DNA from: Antedon mediterranea
Lineage: Eukaryota; Animalia; Echinodermata
Direction: 5' to 3'
Assembly (NCBI RefSeq): GCF_964355755.1
Contig: NC_092678.1
Span: 1,752,422-1,816,421 of the forward strand
Length of the DNA stretch: 64,000 bases
Shown: positions 39,701 to 51,700 of the stretch, in pieces
How the letters are laid out: every line of letters starts with the position of its first letter
Numbering within the stretch: the first letter of the stretch is position 1
The notes under the pieces: generated by a model
Seen by the model: the letters and a program-made list of their open reading frames with translations, nothing else
What the model was told of the DNA's origin: nothing
Databases searched by the model: none
Position numbers and translations under genes: made by a program

Positions 39701-42700
39701 CATTACCATTTTCTTGCAATTTTTTTCCAGTTAATACACAATGTAACCCTAATCCATGTCAAAATTCTGGTACCTGTGCTGAGTCAGGCACTTCTTTTAC
39801 CTGTACTTGTGCTAGTGGATGGACAGGAACAACATGCACCACAGGTAGGCTGGAAAAAACCTGTACTTATTTTAATAATAATTAAACTTATTTTATTAAG
39901 CCAATCAGATGTGATCTACTTAGTACACCAATAGAATTGTGTTTGTTTTTCAGTTAATATACCATGTAGGTCTAATCTAGTTAAATTGACCTGAGGAAAA
40001 AATGGATATATAGTATGTAAATAAATATACTTTGCGTTCTAGCTGAGTATCTTTTTAAAACTATTGGCAGCCAGAGATGCCTCCAAAATAGTAGGACTAA
40101 ACTATTTTCAAGGCCCATGTTTAATCAGAAACTCGAAATAGGTGAAGTATATATTCTTTTCATACATTAAAACACACATTAGACAGTAAATAATTAAATT
40201 AATTGTTTGTTTTCAGCTACACCATGTAGCCCTAACCCGTGTCAAAATTCTGGTACCTGTGCCGTGACAGGCACTTCTTTTACCTGTACTTGTACTAGTG
40301 CGTGGACAGGAGCAACATGCACCACTTGTAAGTTGAAAACTTGAAACAACTATATTTTAAATCTATGCCCCAGGTGAAAATAGGGGTCAGAAAGTATCTA
40401 CCCCATTGCACGAATATAAAACATTCATAATTTACATACTGTTAACGAGAGGCTAGGTCAATTAGGACTACCATTGGAAAAGGCAGAAATCCAATTGGAC
40501 GACATGACAGGTCGATTTTCGATGCGCATCCAACAGCCTATCCACGTGTCATGTCTTCCGGTTGCTCACGTGTAACACAACCAGAATAATGCACTCTGAC
40601 ATCAGAGTTTGTCCATGTGACCCACAATCGTTCAATCAAAAGACAAGAATCTTTTTGGTGTGTTATATAGTGTTATCTATACGGATCCAACTATCAGAAC
40701 GCAATCCAATTTGTGTCTGCCCACCGAATCCGATCCAGGCTTGTAAGTGTAGCTTCAGTAGATGCATAACTGTAGATATTGGAAGTTTTGAAATCTTCTT
40801 GGGCACAATGTGCGTAAATAGTATGTTAATCAGGAATGTGTTTGTTTTTCAGCTTCACCATGTAGCAATAACCCGTGTCAAAATTCTGGTACCTGTGCTG
40901 TGGTGGGTGCTTCTTATACTTGTGATTGTACTAATGCGTGGACAGGAGCAACATGTGAACTTAACGGTAAATACCGACTTGAAATATAATTTATTTATTG
41001 TTATTAGGCTTCAGAAAAAATGTTTATTTATTTTGAAAAAAATGGTTCTAGTGGAAATCAGTCAAAAGGCGTTTCAATATCGCTCTTATCATCATGAATC
41101 ACAATCATATTCATTCTCTATGGTAATCAATATGGAGCTTACGATTCACAATGGCTAACGACCGTTAATGTCAATTCATTAGGCGCAAGTAAGGAAGTTG
41201 GGACATGCTTCCTTGCTCTTTTCTATGACACCGTTCTTGTGGTTTCTAGCTTCAGACGACAACCTATGAAACAACATCCTAGGCTCTCGGGCGTCGCAAA
41301 TCAAAAGCTTTTTAATGTCATATCGCCAAACAGGCACTTACTGTTAGGTTACACTCGTCTATTGTACAAACCATTAATAATTAACCTTTGTTTACAGTTG
41401 ATCCCTGCCCGTCATGTGCAGCCAATGAGTACTGTTTACTGTCAATAGAGGGAGTATATTACTGTGCTCTTGGTAACTTTTGTCAGCTTTTTAAAAAATT
41501 GAATTTTCATTTTAAAAGTTTTAACTTAGTTAAAAGAAATGTTAACTTAGTTAATACTGTGCTTTTAGTAACTTTTGTCAGCTTTTTAAAAATTTAATTT
41601 TCTTTAAAAAATGTTTAAGTAAGAAATTCTAACTTAGTTAAATGAAATATTAACTTAGTTAAGGGGGAATGTTAACTTAGTTAAGGGGGAATGTTAACTT
41701 AGTTAAGGGGGAATGTTAACTTAGTTAAGGGGGAATGTTAACTTAGTTAAGGGGGAATGTTAACTTAGTTAAGGGGGAATGTTAACTTAGTTAAGGGGGA
41801 ATGTTAACTTAGTTAAGGGGGAATGTTAACTTAGTTAAGGGGGAATGTTAACTTAGTTAAGGGGGAATGTTAACTTAGTTAAGGGGGAATGTTAACTTAG
41901 TTTTTTTTTTAAATAATAACTTAGTTAAAATAAATATAAGAATATTATTTTAGATTGTTTGTTCTATCAGTGAAGTTACACTTCTCATTTTTGTTATTCC
42001 TCCCTCGTTTTATCCATTTTACACTTTACTTGACTCATAACTTTTACAATTTTTCATTTTTTACATTTTCATATAATATTTTGTACTTTATTTCTGGTTA
42101 AAAGAAAACCCTTGTAACTATGTGAATTGTCCTGACAACACTGTTTGTGTAATATCCGGCACTATACCTTTTTGTGAAAGCGGTAAACACACATCTTTAT
42201 TTTATTTTAAGGTTTTTTCAATGGATTTTCCTTAGATTGTGGGTGTATAGACTCATCATTTCAGTATTATCTAAAATTGCTTATTGCTTTGAACTTGGAA
42301 AACAAACTAGGAAATTCTTGTAAGATAGAAATTAAGAGAGAAGGAGAATATTTATTATTTCTATTTTCTTTTCAAATTTTTTAAATAATTTCCTTATATG
42401 GGAATTAATATAGATTCTTCCCTATTCTTTTTCCAGTATTTTTTCTATCCATACCTTTTTCTATCCATACCTTTTTCTATCCATACCTTTTTCTATCCAT
42501 ACCTTTTTCTATCCATACCTTTTTCTATCCATACCTTTTTCTATCCATACCTTTTTCTATCCATACCTTTTTCTATCCATACCTTTTTCTATCCATACCT
42601 TTTTCTATCCATACCTTTTTCTATCCATACCTTTTTCTATCCATACCTTTTTCTATCCATACCTTTTTCTATCCATACCTTTTTCTATCCATACCTTTTT

Positions 42701-45700
42701 CTATCCATACCTTTTTCTATCCATACCTTTTTCTATCCATACCTTTTTCTATCCATACCTTTTTCTATCCATACCTTTTTCTATCCATACCTTTTTCTAT
42801 CCATACCTTTTTCTATCCATACCTTTTTCTATCCTCTGTATCTATAATTTCCCCTTCATCTAATTATTCTTGTGGTATAATTTTATTTATCTATTTTTTC
42901 ATCCATTTATTTAACCTTTGATTACCTTTTTTTCCTTCCATTGTTTTTGTATTTGTTAATATTTGCATTAATCCAATTTCCCTTTCTCAAATATTTTTTC
43001 CATTTATATATTTTTTCCATTCATTCCATTATCTTTCTATCCATTTCACCCATATCTTCTTGTACTGTGTAGCGCACCATACACAGTACGATTATCTAAA
43101 TTCAATAGATTTATATAATTCATTGTTTTATTTTACCCTTCATTTACCTCAGTTGACCCTTGTGCATCGCTCCTTTGTCCATCTGGTAGTATTTGTGTTC
43201 AATTCGGTTTGGAAGCTTCGTGTTACAATGGTGAGGTGATACTCTGAATTAAGTTTGACTGAACAACAATGTAAATTAAAGTTTAGGATTGATAGAGGTC
43301 TCAAATTATCGACTTTAGAAATTGTAATTAATTGGAAATAAGTAAGCTTGTTTTTAAAAAATAATTATATTAATATAAATTTTCTAGCTATTGTTTTTTT
43401 TTTTACATTGTTACTTATATATAGTATTTATATATAGAGAGCCACCAATACAATGACTATTTTGATATTTTAGATTCCATGTCTAGGTATGATATGCCAA
43501 CTGTGCCAAAATGTTTTTCGTTTTTTAAATGTTAAGCCAAATCGTCATCTAGAACCTAGACTAGAAATGTTTATATACCTTCTTAATCTTAATATAATAA
43601 CTTTCTTTTTTTTATGCTGCACATTTACGACATGTCAAAGGTCAACCATGTAGTCCCAATCCATGTCTTAACGGAGGAGTTTGTACTCCATCTGGTAACA
43701 GATACAGATACAGATACAGATACAGATAACTTTTATTGTCCAAATAAACTGGAAATTGCATTTGCTCACTTATCACATAAAAATATCGTATAAAAATATC
43801 GTATAAAAATAAAGTATAAAATGCAGAATAACAATATAAAAATACACAATGATTAAAAAAGTACATCATAAAATTACAGCTCAAAAATATTTAAGTTAAA
43901 AATACAGATCATTACAAAACGGTTTAAAAAGTGTCTTATATTTCATTATTAATTATTATATTATATTATTTATTATTGTTATCAAAATTATTGTAGTTAC
44001 CTCTTAAAGTCATCGTTAAATTTTTTAATCCCAGCTGGGAGAAACGAATTTGAGTATCGACCCGTCCGCGCCAACACCGGCCTCAGTCTACCACTTCTAC
44101 CAATGTGGCAGCGAAGAAGATCCGAATGAAGGGGGTGGCTTTCCTCCTCCATGACCGCCTGTAAACCATTTTTCAATCGTTCTCCGTAGTGACAATCGTA
44201 GACTGAGTCCGCTGTCAGCGCCGACGAGCCAATCACTCTTAATGCCCTTTCTAACACTTTACATATGCGGCCCTTATCTCCTTTGTTTATGTTCCCACCC
44301 CAGCCTAATAGGCAATAATCCCAGATTGAAAAAATAACAGATGAATAAAACATAGTAAGTATCTCTTCCCTTACCCTAAAAACGTTCATTTTCCTCAAAC
44401 AGTACAGTCTAGTATTTAATTTTTTAATTAGTTGATCTACATGCTCTCCCCATGATAAATTATTGTCATACGTTACCCCAAGATACTTATATGTTTTAAC
44501 GATTTCTACCTCATGTCCTTTAATCTGGACAGGCTCAATTTCCCTTCTTTTTTTACGGCGGAAATCTATTCGCATTTCTTTGGTTTTTGCTACATTAAGT
44601 TCCAGGAAATTTTCATCACAGTATTTCGTAAACCTAACTATTTCAGATTTGAAATTTGTATCGTCATCCTCTTTTATTAAACCTATCATAGCAGAATCAT
44701 CTGCAAATTTAATTACTGGACAGTCCGGGAATCTAGGTTGGAAATCTGACGTATACAATGTGAACAAAAACGGTGCAAGTACAGTACCTTGTGGTGCTCC
44801 CGTATTTGTCCGAATAATGTCCGATCTGACATTTTGATTTAGCCTAACAAACTGGAGACGTCCAACGAGGAAGTTAAAAACGAACGAAATTAGTAAATTG
44901 GGGATATTCATGCCGAACAACTTATTAATTAAAATGTGTGGTTGGATGGTATTAAAAGCTGAACTAAAGTCGAAGTACATAATCCTAACAGACGGGGATG
45001 TTCTCCAATTGTCAAGATGGGCATACATTTTTTCATTTTTGTATATTAATGCGTCTTCAGTGTTCCTGTTTCTCCGATAAGCGAACTGATGTGGGTCCAA
45101 AAAATCTGCAACTAATGGTTTCAGGCTTTTTAGAACAATCTTTTCACAGACTTTCATTGGAACGGATGTTAGCGCAACAGGTCTAAGATCGTTATAACAC
45201 TGTATATTTTGTCGTTTAGGGATTGGGATGATGCATGACGTTTTCCAGGATTCTGGCAAGGTTTGTGTTTCAAAAATCAAGTTAAAAATATATACAAAAA
45301 TATCTGCCAATTGGGTTGCGCATAATTTAAGAACTTTGGGTAGAATTTGGTCTGGTCCAGCTGATTTGGATGCTTTCAGACCTTTAAAGTGGCTGGTAAC
45401 TTCATCCGCATTTGTCTTAAGGTCAAAACCACTTTCATCTGGTAAGGCCAACCTACTTTTGATTAAGATCTGTTCATCAGAAAAATTATAGCGATCGAAC
45501 CTATTAAAAAAAGTATTTATTTCATTAGCATATTGTTTAGTCAAATTTGACACAATTCCACTTCCTTGTGGCGATTTTGCATATCCGCTCATTTGCCTCA
45601 TTCCCCTCCAAACCTTACTCATATCATTACCTACAAAATGTTCTTCTATTTCACGTTTGTACTTTAGTTTACTTTTACGTATTACTCGTTTAAGTTCCTT

Positions 45701-48700
45701 TTGGATTTTATTTAGTTCATTTACATCACCTCGATCGAAGGCCTGTCTCTTTTTCTTAATAACATCTGTCACCTCCCTATTTATCCATGGTTTACGGTTT
45801 CCGTAGATTTTTACTTTCCTTTTTGGTATTACATTTTTAGTACAAAAGTTAATATATGCACTGACCGCTTCCGTTACCTCGTCTGACCCGTTTGAATTTT
45901 CCGTAAAAACACTCCAGTCCGTAGTTTCAAATTCGCATTTCAGCTGTTCTATTGCATCTTGAGTCCACTTCTTTACAGTAATTACCCTGGGTTTCTGCCG
46001 TTGTACTAATGGACGATACTTGGGTTGTAGTATAATTAAATTATGGTCAGATTTACCAAGTTTCGGCAATTTTCTTGCTAAATATGCGTGTTTTACGTTT
46101 GAATAGCATACGTCAAGGGTAACAGATTCCCGCGTGCTGCACTTCACATGTTGGTAATAGTAAACGCTACTCTTTTTTAGGGTACAATGATTAAAGTCTC
46201 CATTTATTACAATATATGCGTCAGGGGAAGCCGTTTCAATTACTCTTATAATTGTGATTGTGCTGTGAACTATGAGGGAAATAATTGTGAGAATTGTAAG
46301 TTTAATTCATTGTACATATAATCAACTCATCACTGTTCTTCATCACCATGCATATAATCACTTTATGGTACTTGACCTCATTGTCATTGGTGACCTCATT
46401 GTCATTGGTGACCTTGTTGTCATTGGTGACCTTTTTGTCATTAGCATCATCATTGTTACTGTCACCTTTGCCATCTATCTATATAAAAGGCAAACAAAAC
46501 AATTATGTCACCACTTTTATGATGGACTGTATTGTCATTCATCACCTCATTTTTATTTGTGACCTCATTTTCATTCTTGACCTCATTGTCATTATCATTG
46601 TCATCATCATTAGGCCTACTGTAACCTCTAACACATAAAGAATACATTATCCGTATTACATGTATTTTGAAAATCCTACATACTCCATATTATTACTATC
46701 CCTAGTTCTTCAGCCTACTTCAGACTGCAACCCAAATCCATGTCAAAATGGTGAATGCATTGAGGTATTGCAACCTGGTAGTGAAGATGTCTTACTAGGG
46801 TTCGTCTGCCAATGTGTTTCTAACTGGATAGGCACCTATTGTAACATAACAGGTAGTAGTGTTATGCATGAAGCGTTTTAAATTCAAAGTTTCTCTTTCT
46901 ATTGATACAATTTTGGGGATTATGTAATACTTTGAATTTGTATGGAATATTGTATTTGGTTTTTATTTCTATTATTGAGTTCAGTCTGTCAATTTGCTTA
47001 ACATTTTCCAGGTTTTTGTTGCTATGTCGGTACTTTAACTTTTTGAAATTTAGAAAATGTTTTTTATTCAAAATATAAAGTTAACACTTTTTTAAACATG
47101 ATTTTTTTTTCTAATTCAGTTTTGTAGTTTTGTTTCTCTTTTTCTCTCGATTATTTGTAATCTAGGAATTGTTAATACATTCAATTCTTTTTCCTGGGCC
47201 TAAACTCTCTAGTTTGCTGAAGAAAATTTCAATAAAATTAATTAATTTGTGACCTTTTGGTGCATAAAGCGTTTCAATAGACTAGAATACTCTTTTCTTC
47301 TTACCTATCCCAATAATATTGTGTTTTGTTTCAAGGTTAAGCCCACTGGGTTGTCTTTACCTTTTCACAGTATTTTATTTTCAAATAGAGAAGTGGTTTG
47401 CATTAAAAACATGTTTGTATATTTACACAATATCAATTCCCACAGTATTATTTTAAAACAAGCAGTTGTGTACTGCATTTTATTTGTCATACATAGCTTG
47501 TACAAATATTTATATAGTTCTTGAATAAACACAGTGTAAAAAGGGTGTTTAAGGTTGAGTGCAGTCTTGCGAATATACAGTGAATCTAAAATAATTCATC
47601 GTTGCATCCATATTTACCTTTAAGTTTAATGACAAATAAAGTTTTTTCAAAATGAATGGAAAGATGCACAACTAAAGCATTTTTTTTTCATGTTTGTCAT
47701 AATGATCTTACAATTAATGAACTATTATATTTCAACTTTTCATTCATATTGACATAGTGACAATCTAGATAAGAAACTTTTTTTTTTAATTTTGGCAGGG
47801 GAAAAAAAAATCTTCACAGATTTTGTACTTTTTTTATTTTATTTATTTACAATCAGTACTTTGTTGTGTATTTTTAAAATATGATTTTATATTGGCTTTT
47901 TCAGATTATTTTAATGATTTTCATGATATTTCAATATTTATTACTAAACATGTTATTTCTTTATCATTTGATAATAGGCCTACACCATGATGTAGAAATT
48001 GGAGGTGTTTTACAGTACAACCACTATTAAGTGGCCACCTTTAGGACCCAACAAGGGGTGTCACTTCTAGGTATTTCCAGGAAACGTCTAGGTATTTCCA
48101 GGAAACGTCTAGGTATTTCCAGGAAAGGTCTAGATATTTCCAGGAAACGTCTAGGTATTTCCAGGAAAGGTCTAGGTATTTCCAGGAAAGGTCTAGGTAT
48201 TTCCAGGAAACGTCTAGGTATTTCCAGGAAACGTCTAGGTATTCCCAGGAAACGTCTAGGTATTTCCAGGAAACGTCTAGGTATTTCCAGGAAACGTCTA
48301 GGTATTTCCAGGAAACGTCTAGGTATTTCTCTGAATATGTGTGTCCATATTCTACTGTAACTTTATAAACTAAACTAAACTTATTTTTGTAATTTTTTAT
48401 ATAGCACCGTGTGTGAGTGGTCCGTGTCTAAATGGTGGTGTCTGTCAAAACCAATATTCTGGTACCAATGCTTATTATACCTGCGGATGTACTGGCAGTT
48501 TCACAGGAGACAACTGCGGAACTTCTAGTAAGATATCTTATGTTTTGTTTTGTTCTTGTCTACTGTAAAAATAAATTGTTTTGTCTACAAAATGGAGAAT
48601 TTTTTTAATCACTGAATGTTACACAAAATGCGTTTTTTTTTTTTATATTTTAGCCACTCCATGCAACAGTTCCCCTTGTCTAAATGGCGGTACATGCTCT

Positions 48701-51700
48701 ACAGATTCCGGCTCCTTTTCTTGTACATGCGCTAGTGGCTTTGGAGGAACAACTTGCAGTACACGTAAGAGATCACAATTATTCTACTGCAGTTACTGCA
48801 GTAACTCCCATTTTGTTTTAACCTTTTTTATGCAATTATAATATTGTGAGCTTTTTTGGGTAATCATACACACTTTTATACTGCCTCATTTTTTAATTGA
48901 AAGAAACTAAAATCATACAGAAAAAAAAAATTGATATATGATGGATCATCACGGAAATACAAAAATAGAAATTTGCAAACAAAACTACACGAAATTGAAA
49001 TTATTACCTGTATTTAGTCATCTGATAACATCATTTGTTATTGTTCATAATTTGTTTTGAATGCCAAAAAATAATGAAACATCAATAATTAATTAAATGA
49101 TTAATATATGTTTTTCCTACACTGTCCTAGCCTTTGATTTGTTTTATAGCTCTTTTGTTATTTGCAGTGTTTAATTATGTGTTTTACACAGATATATATA
49201 TCTATATATATATAATATTCTTGTTTTATTTTATATATAGCCAATCCTTGTAACAGTTTCCCCTGTCTGAATGGAGGTACATGCGGTACAAATGTTCTAT
49301 ACACAGCTTACAGTTGTAATTGTGCCAGTGGATATATAGGAGCTACATGCAATACACGTAAATTTTCAGACAGTTTATTAATACGCCGTTAACAACGCAT
49401 TGTATTTCTACAGTCTGTTCAGTATCAATCTATTGCGTAATGTTTCACTATAAAATATTTTGTTTATTTGTTATAGTATTTGTTCCTCTTTTCCTTGTTT
49501 GATTTGTGTGTTACAAATTGTTTTATTTCATATTTAGCTAATCCTTGTAATAGTTCTCCTTGTCTGAATGGAGGTACATGTTCTACAAATTCCCAATACA
49601 CTTTCTACAGTTGTACATGTGCTACAGGATATACAGGGACTACATGCAGCACACGTAATGTTCTACTTTTAATCTTTTGTCTATTTGTAAAAAAAAACAC
49701 ACTTTTGTCTCTTTCTAAATCTTTTAGAATGTTTACACACAATCTTCACTTACCTCTACTGTAGCACTTTTTTTCAAATTTTAAATGTTTGCATACAGGC
49801 AGTAGAACCTCTATTTAAAGGACACCTGTAGGACAACAAACTGTTTATTTTATAGGGGTGTCCCCTGAATAGAGGTTAGCTAAAATGTTAAAACAAGGCC
49901 TTTTGTTCATTTAACAAGAATTCCCCTCAATAGGGATGTCACTTATATTCTCTTATTTACTCTTTTTGTTATATGTTTTGCTCTATTTTTTGTATTTAGC
50001 CAATCCTTGTAATAGTTCTCCTTGTCTGAATGGAGGTACATGTTCTACAAATTCTCAATACACTTTATACAGTTGTACATGTGCTACGGGATATACAGGG
50101 ACTACATGCAATACACGTAAATATCCATTCAGTTTGTTTAATACTCCGTACCTTGTACTTGTGTCCATGTTTAGAAATCAAAACATGATTCCATCATTTT
50201 TTAAACCTAAACACTTTAAAATCTATTCTGTTTTTATGAAACCTTTTGCCTAAAACTTGTATACTGTTTCTTTTAATGTTTAAATGTGACATCTTCACTT
50301 ACTCACTTCCAACTTTTAAAATATTAAACAGAATTGTTTTATTTTGCCTTTTTAAAGAGCAACCTACCTTTATTGTATTTTTTCAATCTGAAGTTCTGAC
50401 TATAATATCATATACTAGTTTGACAAAAAAAGTTTGATGTATCCAAATATGGTAGTGATATGAAATCATCGTGTCCATATATGAGCACATCATATTTTTT
50501 TGTCTCATAAAGTTTGGTAGTGTAGAAGAAATATTTAGTTTGAATTACTAATGTTATTGCTATAATTATTTAATCAAGGAATACAATATACTTTTTTATC
50601 ATTCAAGTCAATATATCTATAAAGCTTGGTTCCCTCGTGGACATACGGTAGATACAACACAAGTGAGTTGACCAATCGTGAGCGGCAGTTTAGATTATCC
50701 ATCGCATCATGATTGGTCAAATTTCTTATGATAATTTGTGAGTATTAACAGGCATTTTATTGGTCTATTTTATATTTTAGCGAGTCCATGTAACAGTTCT
50801 CCATGTGAAAATGGAGGTACGTGTACAACAGATTCAGGATTTACTTCTTACAGTTGCACGTGCGCCGGTGGATTTTCAGGAGCTAGATGCATGACAGGTA
50901 ATTTACCCACCTTGTTTGTTCAATGCTTTCGTCTGTATATAGTTTATGTATATGTTTCTTTAAAATCTAACTGTAAATAGATTTTTTGCACTAATAGACC
51001 CTTCTCCCCTTAAATTAAAAATTTCACAATTTTAGGTCCTGGACCCCTATTTCAAAAACCTGGGTCCATCACTTCCTGGCAGAACTTTCATAGTTTCTTC
51101 AACTATAAAAGTAAATATATTACACATTGCAATTTCTGCTATAAAGCGTGGGTACAGTATGTTTGTGTCCTTAGACTAAATATTATTAAATCTATCTATA
51201 CAAAAACATAAATGACAACTTTAAAAAGATTTTAGTTCACTTGTTTGTTGAATGCATCAATGCCCAATGTCATGGTATATAACCATACTATTGGGTCACT
51301 CTATTCTAGTTTTTATTCACCTACACTCATTGAAATAGCAATGGAATGTTATTATTGTAAACTTTGGTATTTTACTTTATACACTTTGTTTATCCAAATA
51401 TTTATAATATGTTTAATATGGAGTTAACAAAGCTATTTTCTTTTATATAAACCAAGAAATTCATTTTGTGAATTTGATTATTGTTTTGAGAGAGTCGATG
51501 TTTAAGTTTATAGAATAATATTGAACGATGGGTGTGGTTGACACCACACACTGCTTATGAGAACCAGGCAATCGATTTTTCATGGGTTAGAGGGTTACAG
51601 TGACAGTCGAAACTTCCAAATAAGGATAAGCTTTGCGCCGTTCTGAACATCTTTATGTCTTTCATATTTATAATTTAACATTGCTAATTATAGCGTTGTA

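Noticed and set aside
42398-42847. 149-aa repetitive ORF
   Set aside because: Translation of the 16-bp minisatellite.
44463-45491. Plus-strand ORFs within the LINE
   Set aside because: Antisense shadows of the RT ORF.
48031-48360. ORF of LGISRKR repeats
   Set aside because: Translation of the 21-bp minisatellite.
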